A stretch of DNA of 61,751 nucleotides, counting the filler. It is 6 parts of 6 records of this genome, joined end to end, with 100 filler letters (N's around TTAATTAATTAA, not from the genome) between each part and the next. Parts side by side here need not be neighbours in the genome. Positions count along the whole stretch, not along the records: positions 1 to 14,720 come from DRR723986_7463; positions 14,821 to 26,895 come from DRR723986_7466; 4 more parts are not named here. One strand, given 5' to 3'. How positions within the stretch are numbered: the first letter of the stretch is position 1; every line of letters begins with the position of its first letter. Below, piece by piece: positions 10,715 to 22,000 of the stretch. A program made the position numbers and the translations under genes. Below the pieces are notes generated by a model. It was given only the letters and a program-made list of their open reading frames with translations, did not search any database and was not told the DNA's origin.

Positions 10715-11185
10715 TTAGATGCACTTGAAATAATCAAACGGTTCCAGACAGTTGCGGCAGCGCCACGTGGCCTTGCACGGGGTCGATCCGAACTGGCTGA
10801 TCCGTTCCAGGTTGGTGCTTTTGCATTGCGGGCAGCGGCTTGGGCCACCTGCGGGTTGCGGCGGCGCGATGCCGTAGTCTTCCAGCTTGGCGCGGCCCTT
10901 CTCGGTCAACCAATCGGTGGTCCATGGTGGCGAAATCTGGCGTTTCAGCTCCAGTTTCTCGATCCCGTGGCCGCGCAGCGCCGTCTCGATATCGAGATTG
11001 ATGATGCTGGTCGCGGGACAGCCCGAATAGGTGGGTGTGACCGACACGACCAGCGTATCCTCTTGCCATTCCACCCCCCGGATGATGCCCAGATCGACCA
11101 GCGAGATCACAGGGATCTCCGGGTCGGGAACGGCATCGAGCCAGTCCCAGACCTGATCTACCGAGGGCTTGTCCATCACACTCAC
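10715..11185 (-). CDS. paaD: Phenylacetyl-CoA epoxidase subunit PaaD
   Basis: VPDPEIPVISLVDLG, TPTYSGCPA, CPQC...FGSTPCKA...C..C.EPFDYFKCI. Start is GTG 11185 (overlaps paaC stop) or ATG 11176. Confidence 0.93.
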   Translation of the reverse strand: MSVMDKPSVDQVWDWLDAVPDPEIPVISLVDLGIIRGVEWQEDTLVVSVTPTYSGCPATSIINLDIETALRGHGIEKLELKRQISPPWTTDWLTEKGRAKLEDYGIAPPQPAGGPSRCPQCKSTNLERISQFGSTPCKATWRCRNCLEPFDYFKCI

Positions 11186-11946
11186 CACGCGGCGCCCGGA
11201 TAGGCGCGCTGCAACCACTGCATCGAGGTCAGCAGATGGCCCAGATGTTCGGTATGCATCCGGCCCGTGCGCCCGCCCTTGTGAACATAGCTGCCACCCG
11301 GAATGGCCAATGTGGCTTCGGCCAGAACGCGACCGACGATATCATCGTACTCGGCGCGCAATTCTGCCGGGTCCGGGGCAAGTCCAGCCTCTGCCAGAAC
11401 CTCATCTGCCTTGTCCGTTTCGAACATCTCTCCACAGTACGGATAAAGATAATCGAGTGCAGCCTGCATCCGGCTATGACTTTCGGGCGTTCCATCCCCA
11501 AGACCGATCACCGTGTCGCCAGAGCGTTCCAGATGGTACGTCACCTCCTTGTGGGCCTTCGCCGCGATCTCTGCCACGCGCGGATCGGTTGATCCTTTCA
11601 GCCAATCGGTCATCACGAAGGACCATGCGTCATAGAGGAACTGGCGCATCAGCGTCTGGCCGAAATCGCCATTGGGCAGCTCCACCATCAGCACATTTCG
11701 GAAGTCCCACGCATCGCGCAGAAAGGCGAGATTATCCGCCGTCCGGCCCTTGCCCTCGACCTCGCCTGCCAGCCCCAGCCAAAGCTGCGTCTGACCGATC
11801 ATGTCGAGCGCCGTGTTCGCCAGCGCGATATCTTCCTCCAGCACCGGGGCATGGCCACACCATTCCGAGACCCGATGCCCGAGGATCAGCGAATTGTCCC
11901 CCAATCGCAGGAGGAACTGGAACAAAGCCTCATCGCGGGTCATCAC
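11182..11946 (-). CDS. paaC: Phenylacetyl-CoA epoxidase subunit PaaC
   Basis: LGDNSLILGHRVSEWCGHAPVLEEDIALAN; HTEHLGHLL. Confidence 0.95.
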   Translation of the reverse strand: MMTRDEALFQFLLRLGDNSLILGHRVSEWCGHAPVLEEDIALANTALDMIGQTQLWLGLAGEVEGKGRTADNLAFLRDAWDFRNVLMVELPNGDFGQTLMRQFLYDAWSFVMTDWLKGSTDPRVAEIAAKAHKEVTYHLERSGDTVIGLGDGTPESHSRMQAALDYLYPYCGEMFETDKADEVLAEAGLAPDPAELRAEYDDIVGRVLAEATLAIPGGSYVHKGGRTGRMHTEHLGHLLTSMQWLQRAYPGAAW

Positions 11947-12227
11947 ATATGCCCCACTTCTTCGGGAATGTCGTAGAAGGTCGGGTGGCGATAGATCTTG
12001 CTCTCCGACGGCTCAAACAGCGGGCCTTTTTCGGACGGCGCGCTGGCGGCGATATGTTTGGCCTCCACCACCCAGATCGACACGCCCTCATTGCGGCGGG
12101 TATAGACGTCGCGCGCGTTCTTCACGGCCATTTCCGCGTCAGGTGCATGCAGGCTGCCCACATGCCGGTGGCTCAGCCCATGCTGGCCGCGAATGAAAAT
12201 CTCCCACAGGGGCCATTCGTTTTTCAT
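11943..12227 (-). CDS. paaB: Phenylacetyl-CoA epoxidase subunit PaaB
   Basis: WPLWEIFIR...HVGSLHAPDAEMA...ARDVYTRRNEGVSIWVV. Confidence 0.96.
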   Translation of the reverse strand: MKNEWPLWEIFIRGQHGLSHRHVGSLHAPDAEMAVKNARDVYTRRNEGVSIWVVEAKHIAASAPSEKGPLFEPSESKIYRHPTFYDIPEEVGHM

Positions 12228-12239
12228 CTCAGATCCTCC

Positions 12240-13232
12240 TCATTCGGCCGCATGCTTGCGGGCAGCTTTCTTGCGGGCATGTGCCAGCAACCCCTCGCGG
12301 ACCCACGCCCCGTCATCCCAGGCCGAGACCCGGTCTTTCAGGCGGTCCACGTTGCAGGGGCCGTTGCCCTTGATGACATTGAAGAATTCCGGCCAGTCCG
12401 GCTCGCTGAAATCGTAGTGCCCGCGCTCTTCGTTCCACTTGATCTCAGGGTCCGGCAGGTCGAGCCCCAGATACTCGATCTGCGGAATTGTCTGGTCGAC
12501 GAATTGCTGGCGCAGCTCGTCATTCGACTTCACCTTGATCTTCCACGCCATCGACTGTTCCGAATGGGTCGATTCCGCGTCCGACGGCCCGAACATCATC
12601 AGCGCCGGGAACCACAGGCGATTCAAAGCATCCTGCGCCTGCCGCTTCTGTTCCGGTGTGCCAAAGGCCATCGCCCGGATCGCGTCATAGCCCTGCCGCG
12701 CGTGAAAGCTTTCTTCCTTGCAGATCCGCACCATCGCGCGGGCATAGGGCCCGTAGGACGTGCGTTGCAGCGCAACCTGATTGACGATCGCCGCCCCATC
12801 AACCAGCCAGCCCACGGCGCCGATATCGGCCCAGTTGAGCGTCGGATAGTTGAAGATCGACGAATATTTCATCTTCCCTTCGTGCAGCAACTCGATCAGC
12901 TCATCCCGGCTGACGCCAAGCGTTTCGGCAGCGGAATAGAGATACAAGCCATGCCCCGCCTCATCCTGCACCTTCGCCAGCAGAATGGCCTTCCTTTCCA
13001 GCGTCGGCGCGCGGGTGATCCAGTTGCCTTCCGGCAATTGCCCCACCACCTCGGAATGGGCGTGCTGGCCGATCTGGCGGATCAGCGTCCGGCGGTAATC
13101 CTCCGGCATCCAGTCGCGCGGTTCGATCTTGATATCGTTGTCGATCTTGTCCTGAAAGGCGCGCTCATCCTCGGACATATCCTCGCGCGGTTTGATCCCG
13201 TTCGAACCCGTCTTGATCATCTGTGCATACAT
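12240..13232 (-). CDS. paaA: Phenylacetyl-CoA epoxidase di-iron subunit PaaA
   Basis: [26 protein letters not shown]. Confidence 0.96.
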   Translation of the reverse strand: MYAQMIKTGSNGIKPREDMSEDERAFQDKIDNDIKIEPRDWMPEDYRRTLIRQIGQHAHSEVVGQLPEGNWITRAPTLERKAILLAKVQDEAGHGLYLYSAAETLGVSRDELIELLHEGKMKYSSIFNYPTLNWADIGAVGWLVDGAAIVNQVALQRTSYGPYARAMVRICKEESFHARQGYDAIRAMAFGTPEQKRQAQDALNRLWFPALMMFGPSDAESTHSEQSMAWKIKVKSNDELRQQFVDQTIPQIEYLGLDLPDPEIKWNEERGHYDFSEPDWPEFFNVIKGNGPCNVDRLKDRVSAWDDGAWVREGLLAHARKKAARKHAAE

Positions 13233-13247
13233 GCCTGAAATCCTCCC

Positions 13248-14450
13248 TCAGACCCGTTCAAGGATCAGGGCAACGCCCTGTCCCACACCCACGCACATGG
13301 TACACAGCGCATAGCGCCCGCCCGTGCGTTGCAATTGATAGGCCGCCGTCAGTACCAGCCGCGCGCCTGACATTCCCAAAGGATGGCCAAGCGCGATTGC
13401 CCCGCCATTGGGGTTCACATGCGCCGCGTCGTCGGCGACACCCAGTTCCCGCAATGTGGCCAACCCCTGGCTTGCAAAAGCCTCGTTCAGCTCGATCACA
13501 TCCATCTGCTCGATCGTCAGCCCCGCCCTGGCCAGCACCTTGCGCGTGGCCGGAACCGGGCCAATGCCCATGATACGGGGCTCCACCCCCGCCGCCGCCA
13601 TCGCCACGACGCGAGCCATGGGCGTCAACCCATTGGCCTTGGCCGCAGCCTCGGACGCCAGCAGGATCGCCGCCGCGCCGTCATTGACGCCGGATGCATT
13701 GCCCGCCGTCACCGTCTTGTCCGGGCCATTGACGCCCTTAAGACCCGAGAGTTTCTCGGCCGTCGTGCCGGGGCGCGGGTGTTCGTCGGTCTGCACGACA
13801 ACAGGATCGCCCTTGCGCTGCGGGATCGTCACCGGAGTGATTTCATCCGCGAAGACACCCGCAGCCTCTGACGCCTCCCACCGGGCCTGAGACCTGGCGG
13901 CAAACGCATCCTGATCGGCGCGGCTGATATCGTAATTCTCGGCCACATTGTCGGCCGTTTCAGGCATCGAGTCCGTGCCATAGGCCGCCTGCATCTTCTT
14001 GTTCACGAAGCGCCAGCCGATGGTTGTGTCATAGACCGCATTGGCGCGTGAAAAGGCGCTTGTTGCCTTTGGCATCACGAAAGGTGCGCGGCTCATGCTT
14101 TCAACGCCGCCCGCGATCACCAGGTCATAATCGCCCGCCTTGATCCCCCGCGCCGCCATGCCCACGGCGTCCATGCCGCTGGCGCACAGCCGGTTGATGG
14201 TGGTCCCCGGCACGCTGACCGGCAGCCCCGCCAGAAGTGCCGCCATACGCGCCACGTTGCGATTGTCCTCGCCCGCCTGATTGGCGTCGCCATAGATCAC
14301 ATCGTCAATCGCGCCCCAGTCCACGCCGGGATTGCGCGCCATCAGCGCCGCTATCGGCAGCGCCGCAAGGTCATCGGTGCGGATGCCGCTCAACGCGCCG
14401 CCGTAGCGTCCGATGGGTGTTCGCGTGGCATCGCAGATGAAAGCGTCCAT
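13248..14450 (-). CDS. pcaF: 3-oxoadipyl-CoA thiolase (PcaF/PaaJ)
   Basis: NRLCASGMDA, NEAFA, GGAIALGHPLGMSG, TMCVGVGQG. Confidence 0.94.
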   Translation of the reverse strand: MDAFICDATRTPIGRYGGALSGIRTDDLAALPIAALMARNPGVDWGAIDDVIYGDANQAGEDNRNVARMAALLAGLPVSVPGTTINRLCASGMDAVGMAARGIKAGDYDLVIAGGVESMSRAPFVMPKATSAFSRANAVYDTTIGWRFVNKKMQAAYGTDSMPETADNVAENYDISRADQDAFAARSQARWEASEAAGVFADEITPVTIPQRKGDPVVVQTDEHPRPGTTAEKLSGLKGVNGPDKTVTAGNASGVNDGAAAILLASEAAAKANGLTPMARVVAMAAAGVEPRIMGIGPVPATRKVLARAGLTIEQMDVIELNEAFASQGLATLRELGVADDAAHVNPNGGAIALGHPLGMSGARLVLTAAYQLQRTGGRYALCTMCVGVGQGVALILERV

Positions 14451-14482
14451 GTTGTGGAATCCTCCCGAAAGTCGCGCAAATA

Positions 14483-14500
14483 ACTGACCGCATGGTCGGG
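14483..14500. promoter_or_regulatory. Second putative PaaR operator, upstream of the thiolase-paaABCDE operon
   Basis: ACTGACCGCATGGTCGGG, near-palindrome similar to the 3779-3796 site; about 30 nt upstream of the thiolase ATG. Confidence 0.6.
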
Positions 14501-14720
14501 ATATGCGTCCCCGCGATTCGTTGCAAGAGAAATGTTACGTGTTTCATGAATTTCGGAAGTTTTCGTAACACGTGGCCGCCCGCGCCACGTGCGCCCCGGT
14601 CTCTCGCGATGCGCCGGTTCCCTCATCCTGTCCGTGGCAACGCGGCCCAGTGAGGCCCCCGGCGACTGCCGGGGGGTGAGATGGGCCGCTCCCCGGTCGA
14701 CGCGCAAGGCGCGGCGAAAC

Positions 14721-14820
14721 NNNNNNNNNNNNNNNNNNNNNNNNNNNNNNNNNNNNNNNNNNNNTTAATTAATTAANNNNNNNNNNNNNNNNNNNNNNNN
14801 NNNNNNNNNNNNNNNNNNNN
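14721..14820. other. Artificial contig spacer
   Basis: N-run, TTAATTAATTAA (stops in all frames), N-run. Confidence 0.99.
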
Positions 14821-14821
14821 G

Positions 14822-14974
14822 ATCGTCACGAATGAGGTCGGCGCCGGGATCGTGCCGGAGAATGCCCTTGCCCGGGCCTTTCGCGATGCCGCGGGAAGCC
14901 TGAACCAGACCATCGCGCAGGCCTGCGACGAGCTTTGGCTCTGCGTCGCGGGCCATCCCCTGAAAATCAAATGA
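14822..14974 (+). CDS. cobU: Adenosylcobinamide kinase/guanylyltransferase CobU (CobP), 3' fragment
   Basis: Manual translation [50 protein letters not shown]. Confidence 0.9.
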   Translation: MVTNEVGAGIVPENALARAFRDAAGSLNQTIAQACDELWLCVAGHPLKIK

Positions 14975-14990
14975 ATATGGTGGCTTGCCC

Positions 14991-15998
14991 ATGACGACCC
15001 TGCCCCTTGCACGCCTCGACGATGTCGCGACCCTTGCCCTGCCCGGCTTCGACGCCGAGGCCGCGCGTGCCGCCGAAGCGCGCCAGATGACGCTGACGAA
15101 GCCGCCCGCCTCGCTGGGGCGGCTCGAAGAGATCGCGGCCTTCATGGCCGGCTGGCGCGGCGTGGCGCAGCCCGAGATCGCCAAGGCGCAAGCCCTTGTC
15201 TTCGCAGGAAATCACGGGATCTGCGCGCGGGGCGTGAACCCCTTTCCTCAGGAAGTGACCGTGCAGATGGTCGCCAACTTCAAGGCCGGTGGTGCGGCGA
15301 TCAACCAGCTTTGCCGGGTGTCCGGCGCCGACCTCGAGGTGATCGCGCTGGACCTCGACCGGCCCACGGCGGATTTCACCGCAGGCCCCGCGATGACCGA
15401 GGCCGAAACGCTCGAGGCCATGGCGGCGGGCGCGGCGGCGGTCGATCCCGGTGCCGACATCCTGCTGCTGGGAGAAATGGGCATCGGCAATTCCACCGTC
15501 GCGGCGGCGCTGGCGCTGGGGGCCTTCGGCGGCGAGGCGCAGGGCTGGGTCGGGCGCGGCACCGGCTCTGACCCGGAGGGCATGTCCTTGAAAGCGCGGG
15601 TGATTTCCGAGGGCGTGGCGCTGCACGGGGGCCTCTCGGCCATGGGCAAGCTGGCCGCTCTTGGCGGGCGCGAGCAGGCGGCGATCTGCGGCGCGGTCCT
15701 TGCGGCGCGCATGGCGCGGGTGCCGGTTCTGCTGGACGGCTTCATCTGCACGGCCTCGGTGGCGCCGCTGTTCGCCGCCCGTCCCGAGGCGCTGGACCAT
15801 TGCCTGATCGCGCATCGCAGCGCCGAGCCGGGGCATCGCCAACTGGCGGAAAAGATGGGGAAAACGCCGCTTCTCGATCTCGGAATGGCGCTGGGCGAAG
15901 GCGCTGGCGCGGCGCTGGCGCTGTCGGTGGTGCGCAGTGCGCTGGCCTGCCACAACGGCATGGCGACCTTCGCCGAGGCCGGGGTTTCGGGCGCGTGA
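14991..15998 (+). CDS. cobT: Nicotinate-nucleotide--dimethylbenzimidazole phosphoribosyltransferase
   Basis: LTKPPASLGRLE, VFAGNHG, GEMGIGNST, LGEGAGA. Confidence 0.94.
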   Translation: MTTLPLARLDDVATLALPGFDAEAARAAEARQMTLTKPPASLGRLEEIAAFMAGWRGVAQPEIAKAQALVFAGNHGICARGVNPFPQEVTVQMVANFKAGGAAINQLCRVSGADLEVIALDLDRPTADFTAGPAMTEAETLEAMAAGAAAVDPGADILLLGEMGIGNSTVAAALALGAFGGEAQGWVGRGTGSDPEGMSLKARVISEGVALHGGLSAMGKLAALGGREQAAICGAVLAARMARVPVLLDGFICTASVAPLFAARPEALDHCLIAHRSAEPGHRQLAEKMGKTPLLDLGMALGEGAGAALALSVVRSALACHNGMATFAEAGVSGA

Positions 15999-16729
15999 TC
16001 CGGCGCCGCCTGTCAGAGGTACAGGTGGCGGTCATGCTGCTGTCCCGCCTTCCGGCGGGGCGGCTAAGCGACGGGTTTCCCTCGATGAATTCCGCCCGAT
16101 GGGCGTTTCCGCTGGTGGGTCTGCCGGTGGGGCTCGTGATCTGGGCGGTGCTTTGGGCCGCGCCCTCGGGGCCGGTCGGGGCGGCTCTGGCGCTGGGTGC
16201 GGCGGCCTTGGTGACGGGCGGGCTGCATCACGACGGCCTTGCCGATTTCGCCGACGGCATGGGCGGGCAGACCCGCGCGCGCCGGCTGGAGATCATGCGA
16301 GACAGCCGCGTCGGAAGCTACGGCGTGCTTGCGCTGGTCTTCACGGTTCTGGTCGGCGCGGGGGCCTTGGCAGAGCTGGAGACACCCGTCGCCCCCCTTC
16401 TTTTCGTCAGCGTTTTCAGCCGCTTGCTGATCGTCCTGGTGCTGGACCTTCTGCCCTCTGCACGCGCCGAGGGGCTGGGCAGGCAGGCATCCGGCGCGGG
16501 GTCGAAAGCGGCTTGGCTGCCGGGGGTGGCGGTGTCGCTGGCGCTTGCCCTGCCCTCGGGGCTGGCGGCGCTGGGCGCGGGCGCGGCCATGGCGGCGGTC
16601 GCGGCCTTGGTCGGCTGGCAGGCGCGGCGCAGGCTGGGAGGGCAAACGGGGGACGTGCTGGGCGCAGTCCAACTGGCCTCGGAAACCGCCGGTTGGGTCG
16701 CCCTCGCGGCCATGTCAACCTTTCGTTAA
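15995..16729 (+). CDS. cobS: Adenosylcobinamide-GDP ribazoletransferase (cobalamin synthase)
   Basis: GTG start overlapping cobT stop. TGGLHHDGLADFADG, IMRDSRVGSYG, GGQTGDVLGA. Confidence 0.92.
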   Translation: MIRRRLSEVQVAVMLLSRLPAGRLSDGFPSMNSARWAFPLVGLPVGLVIWAVLWAAPSGPVGAALALGAAALVTGGLHHDGLADFADGMGGQTRARRLEIMRDSRVGSYGVLALVFTVLVGAGALAELETPVAPLLFVSVFSRLLIVLVLDLLPSARAEGLGRQASGAGSKAAWLPGVAVSLALALPSGLAALGAGAAMAAVAALVGWQARRRLGGQTGDVLGAVQLASETAGWVALAAMSTFR

Positions 16730-16735
16730 GGCGCG

Positions 16736-16964
16736 AACCGGCCGGTTCAGAGGCCGAAACCGGCCGGTTTTCACCCTTCGTAAACCTTCGCGAAAGCCGG
16801 GCCAGTCGCGGCTGGGGAAAGCGCTTTGGCGACCCGGCCCTGCCGCCTGCGACCCGGGGCGAAAGCGCTTTCGACCCACGCGGGCCCCGCGCGCGGCCGA
16901 GGCGGTGGGGGAAAGCGCTTTGGCCCCCCGCACGCCCCATGCCTCTGCAGCGCAAAAGCGCTTT
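16736..16964. repeat. Cluster of palindromic repeats: 2x AACCGGCCGGTT and 4x AAAGCGCTTT
   Basis: AAAGCGCTTT at 16818, 16862, 16912 and 16955 (spacing 44/50/43) with GC-rich flanks, between convergent cobS and glpK. Confidence 0.8.
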
Positions 16965-16976
16965 GTGGCGCCCCGG

Positions 16977-18461
16977 TCAGAAGCCCTGCGCCGCCTCGAC
17001 GGCCCGTTTCCACGCGGCGTATTTCGCTTCGCGCGTCGCCTCGTCCATCGAGGGCGCGAAGCTGCGGTCGAGATTCCATGTCCGCGAGAACCCCTCCATG
17101 TCGGGATAGAGCCCGGCCCGCTGGCCCGCCAGCCATGCGGCGCCCATGGCGGTGGTCTCCAGAACCGTGGGCCGGTCCACCCCGGCGCCGATGATGTCCG
17201 ACAGGAACTGCATCGCGTAGTCCGAGGCGCTCATGCCGCCGTCCACCCTCAGCACCGCCTCGCCATCGCCCGCCCAGTCCGCGCGCATGGCGTCGAGCAG
17301 GTCGCGGGTCTGGAAGCCCACCGATTCCAGCGCCGCGCGCGCCAGTTCGGCCGGGCCAGAATTGCGCGTCAGCCCGAAGACCGCGCCGCGGCAGTCGGCG
17401 TTCCAGTAGGGCGCGCCCAGCCCGGTGAAGGCCGGCACCAGCACCACCTGCTGCGCGTCGTCGGCGGCCTCGGCCAGGGGCTGGGTCTCTTTCGCCTCGC
17501 GGATGATCTTCAGCCCGTCGCGCAGCCATTGCACCACCGCGCCCGCGATGAAGATCGAGCCTTCGAGCGCGTAGGTCGGCTGTCCGTCCATCTGGTAGGC
17601 GATCGTGGTCAGCAGGCGGTTCTGCGAGACCACGGGTTCCGAGCCGGTGTTGAGCAGGGCGAAGCAGCCGGTCCCGTAGGTCGATTTCAGCATCCCCGGT
17701 TTGAAGCAGGCCTGCCCGATGGTCGCCGCCTGCTGGTCGCCCGCGACCCCGAGGATCGGGATCTCCGCGCCGAAGATGTCGGCGCGGGCCATGCCGAAGT
17801 CGGCGGCGCAATCCTTCACTTCGGGGAGCAGCGAGCGGGGAACCCTCAGCATCTCGCACATCTCGTCGGACCACGCGCCGCGCCGGATGTCGTAGAGCAT
17901 CGTGCGCGCCGCGTTGGTGGCGTCGGTGACATGCGCGGCGCCCCCGGTGAGGTGCCAGATCAGCCATGTGTCCACGGTGCCGAAGGCCAGTTCCCCGGCC
18001 TCGGCCCGCGCGCGGGCGCCCTCGACGTTGTCGAGCAGCCAGGCCAGCTTCGTCCCCGAGAAATAGGGGTCGAGCAGCAGGCCCGTGGCTTGCGTCACCG
18101 CCGGCTCGTGGCCCTGCGCCTTGAGGTCGGCGCAGAAGGCAGAGGTGCGGCGGTCCTGCCAGACGATGGCGTTGTGCAGCGGCTTGCCGGTCTTGCGGTC
18201 CCACAGAAGCGTCGTCTCGCGCTGGTTTGTGATGCCGATGCCGGCGATGTCGCCGGCGCGCACGCCGGCCTTTTCCATCACGCCCCGGCAGGTCGCCGCG
18301 ACGGTGGTCCAGAGGTCCGCGGCCTCGTGTTCCACCCAGCCGCTGTCGGGGTAATGTTGTGTGAACTCTTCCTGTGCTATGGCGGTGACCTGCATCGCCT
18401 CGTCGAAGAGGATGGCCCGGCTGGAGGTGGTGCCCTGATCGATGGCAAGGATGTAGCGCAT
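16977..18461 (-). CDS. glpK: Glycerol kinase
   Basis: Start reset to [52 protein letters not shown]. Confidence 0.96.
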   Translation of the reverse strand: MRYILAIDQGTTSSRAILFDEAMQVTAIAQEEFTQHYPDSGWVEHEAADLWTTVAATCRGVMEKAGVRAGDIAGIGITNQRETTLLWDRKTGKPLHNAIVWQDRRTSAFCADLKAQGHEPAVTQATGLLLDPYFSGTKLAWLLDNVEGARARAEAGELAFGTVDTWLIWHLTGGAAHVTDATNAARTMLYDIRRGAWSDEMCEMLRVPRSLLPEVKDCAADFGMARADIFGAEIPILGVAGDQQAATIGQACFKPGMLKSTYGTGCFALLNTGSEPVVSQNRLLTTIAYQMDGQPTYALEGSIFIAGAVVQWLRDGLKIIREAKETQPLAEAADDAQQVVLVPAFTGLGAPYWNADCRGAVFGLTRNSGPAELARAALESVGFQTRDLLDAMRADWAGDGEAVLRVDGGMSASDYAMQFLSDIIGAGVDRPTVLETTAMGAAWLAGQRAGLYPDMEGFSRTWNLDRSFAPSMDEATREAKYAAWKRAVEAAQGF

Positions 18462-18653
18462 GTGTCGTTCTCCCGGCTGCGGGGTCTTTCTGCCCCGTCC
18501 CGCGGGCCAGAGTGGCCCGGATCGCGCGGAAAGGTCAAACCGAAGCGCTGCGTCACCGCGCGGCGCCCGCGATTCCGCTAGCAATCGGCCCTGCGCCCGT
18601 GTGATGATGCCGCCAACGGCAATACCGATACGACCAAAGCCGCAGGAGGACGC

Positions 18654-19079
18654 GTGGCCAGGATTCTGATCCTTGAAGACGACACTGTCTTTTCGGGGCT
18701 CCTCAGGCGCGATCTCGAGGAGCACGGCCATAGCGTCACGACCGCATCCACCGGCGCCGAGGCGCTGGATCGCGTGATGCACGAGGCCTTCGACATCGCC
18801 GTGGCGGATGTCTTCATCAAGGCCGATGGGCGGCTGACATCGGACGGCGGGATGCTGTTCATCTCGCGCCTGCGGACACTTCAGCCCGGCCATCCCACCG
18901 CTCCGGACATTCCGGTGCTCGCGATCTCGGGCGCGGTGCGGCAGGACATGCCCTATGACATCCTCGGGACGACGCGCAAGCTGGGGGCGGACGACGCGCT
19001 GGCGAAGCCCTTCTCGCCCGCGGATTTGCGCGAAAAGCTGGACGCGATGGTCGCCCGTCGCGCGCGCGGGTCATCGTGA
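18654..19079 (+). CDS. Single-domain response regulator
   Basis: ILILEDD...DIAVAD...AISG...AKPF receiver motifs; no output domain. Confidence 0.88.
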   Translation: MARILILEDDTVFSGLLRRDLEEHGHSVTTASTGAEALDRVMHEAFDIAVADVFIKADGRLTSDGGMLFISRLRTLQPGHPTAPDIPVLAISGAVRQDMPYDILGTTRKLGADDALAKPFSPADLREKLDAMVARRARGSS

Positions 19080-22000
19080 GAGACGTCTGGCGCGCGGTTC
19101 GGTTCGCGCTCGTCCTGCTGATCCCCGCAGCCGCCGCAGCGCAGGAGGCGCCGCTGGTCTCCGCCTGGACCCCCACGCCCGGTTTCTTCACGCCGGTCGA
19201 GGGCGGCCCGCCCTCGGGCTTCTTCGGTGACATCGGGCAGGACATCGCGGCGCGGACGGGCCTCTCGGTCGAGTTCCGGCAGGTCGCGGATGTGGCCACG
19301 GTGATCGGGATGCAGGCGTCGGGCGCGGCGCAGATCCTGTCCGGGGCGGCGCAGATCCCGGCGCTGGAGGGCAGCAACGTCTTTTCCGAGCCGGTCGCGA
19401 CGAGCGAGGTGCATCTTTTCGTGCGCGCCGACGCGCCGGAAGAGTGGACGCAGGACAGTTTCGACGGGCTGCGGCTGGCGGTGGTGGACCGGACCGCCGG
19501 GGCGGATCTGGCGCGGACGATCGGCACGGGCAACTCCGTCACCGTCTACCCGGATTTCGGCGCCGCGCTGGGGGCGCTGCTGTTCCAGCAGGTGGACGGT
19601 CTGGTGGCGATCTATCCCGGTGTGATGGGCGTTCTGCGGTCCAACGGGCTGGAGGCGCAGGTGCGCCGCGTCGGTCCCGCCCTTGCGGAGACCCGGCACG
19701 TCGTGGCGCTGCATCGGTCGCGGGCCGACCTTCTGCCCCGGGTGCAGGAGGCGCTGGACGCGATGGAGGCCGACGGCACGCTCGAGGCGCTGCGCCGCCG
19801 CTGGTCGATCGACGTGCCCGCCCAGCCGCCGAAGATCTACGTCGTGGGGGTACCGAACTATCCGCCCTACCAGATGCAGGCCGAGGACGGACGGTTCACC
19901 GGCTTCGGGGTGGAGGTGCTGCGCGATCTCGCGGACCGGGCCGGGATGCCGCTGAAGTTCATCCCGATCACCAACGAGCAATTCGGGCAGGGACCGCGCA
20001 GCGGAGAGTTCGACCTGATCTCTCTGGTGGGTCTGAGCGACGCCCGGCGGGAGCGGATGGATTTCACCCTGCCGCTGGATTCCGCGTCCTTCTCGATCTT
20101 CGTGCGGCGCGGGGACAGGGTCGTGGGACGCGAGGGGCCTGCCCGTCTCGAGGCGCTTTCCGGCCTGCGGGTGGGCGTCGAGAGCGCGTCGGTCGTGCGC
20201 TCGCTGGTCCCCGAATCCCTGCGGAACGACCTCGTTCCGTTCCGAGGCGAAGAGGCCTTGTTCCAGGCGCTTCTCGACGAGGAGATCGACGTGGCGCTCT
20301 ACCTCACGACGACCGGCGCCGCGGCGCTGCAGAAGCTGGGGCTCGACACGCGGATCGCGGCGCTGCAACCGCCCGTGCTTGTCTCGGAAGGTGCGCTGGC
20401 GCTGCGCTTCGGGCTGGCGGGCACGCGGGAACGGCTGAACGCGGTGATCCCGGGCTACCTCAGCTCTCCGCGCTACGAGGCGCTGCGGCGCGAGTGGTAT
20501 GGCGCGCCGGTGTTCTGGACGCCGGACCGCATCCGCCTTGCGGGCTATGTCATCGCGCTGGCCACCGTCCTGTCGGCCATGGCCATCGCCTTCGTCAGCC
20601 TGCGCGGGCGGCGGCAGGCCGAAGCGCTCAACCGCCAGATCGCTACGGCGCATACGCGTATGGGGGCCGTCCTCGACGCCACCCGGGGCGCGGTTCTGGG
20701 GCTGGCCCGCAGCGGCGACATCATCGTCGCCAACCCCAGCGCGCAGGAGATGCTGGCGCTTGGCCCCGACCGGCTGCCACAGCCATGGCCGAGCGACGTC
20801 AGCTTTCTCGACCGCGAGGATCTGGCCCCGCTGGAGGCTTCTCACGACCCGATGCAGCGGGCCCTTGCCGGTCAGGTGCTGAAGGGCGAGGTGGCGCTGC
20901 TTCAGGTGCCCGGCGCGCAATCGAAACGCTATGTGCGCGTGTCCAGCGCGCCGGTCGGGCCCCACGATCCCGGCGGGCTGCATTCGGTGCTGATCCTCGA
21001 CGACGTGTCCGAGCAGGAGGCCAACCGGCAGCAGCTGGAACGGGCCACGCGGCTGGACGCGCTGGGGCAGCTGACCGGCGGCGTGGCGCATGATTTCAAC
21101 AACCTGCTCGCCACCATCGAATACGCGGTCCAACTGGCCGCGCCAGAGGCCTCGCCGCGCGCGCAGGGCTTTCTGGACACCGCCCTGCAGACGATCCACC
21201 GGGGCGCCGCGCTGACCAAGCGGCTGCTGGCCTTCGCCAAGCAGCAACCGGGGCTGGCGCGCTCTTACCCCGTCAAGACGCTCATGACGGATTTCGAGGC
21301 GCTGTCGCGGCCGTCGATCGAAAAGACCATCTCGATGGAGTTCCACATCGAGGAGCCGGACCTTTATGTCCATTGCGATGCGCTGCAACTGGGCAATGCG
21401 CTGCTGAACCTCGTGCTGAACAGCCGCGACGCGATCCTGCGCAGCGGCAAGGGCGACCGGATCACCGTGGTGGCGCGCCCCGCCTACCACAGCCCGGCCG
21501 TGGCCCCCGAAGCCTTCGACGACAGCGCCCGCGTCGTCACCACCGAAGGGCTGAAGGCCGAAAGCGCCGCCACCGAGGACGGCAAGGCCCATCGCTACGT
21601 CGAATTCTCGGTCAGCGACAACGGCCCCGGCATGACCGACGAGGTCAAGCAGCGCGCGGTCGATCCCTTCTTCACCACGCGCGAGAGCAATTCCGGCACC
21701 GGGCTCGGCCTGTCCATGGTCTACGGGTTCGTGCAGCAATCCAACGGAGAGTTGCGGATCTATTCCGAGGTCGACAGCGGCACCAGCGTCCGCCTTCTGC
21801 TGCCGCGCGGCACGGAGGATGGCAGCGGCCGCGAAAAACCCGTGCCCTTGGCGGCGCCGGTGGATGGCCGGGGCGAAACGCTGCTGGTCGTCGAGGACGA
21901 CGAGGCGCTGCTTCGGGTGATCCGCGACATGCTGGAACAGATGAACTATCGCGTCGTCTCTGCCGCGTCGGGCAACGAGGCCATCGAGATCATCGACGCG

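Noticed and set aside
14765..14776. TTAATTAATTAA as a biological motif (CtrA box or att site)
   Set aside because: Identical at all five N-gaps; artificial linker.
16818..16964. CRISPR array
   Set aside because: Conserved unit is only about 10-14 bp, with no cas genes and no AT-rich leader.
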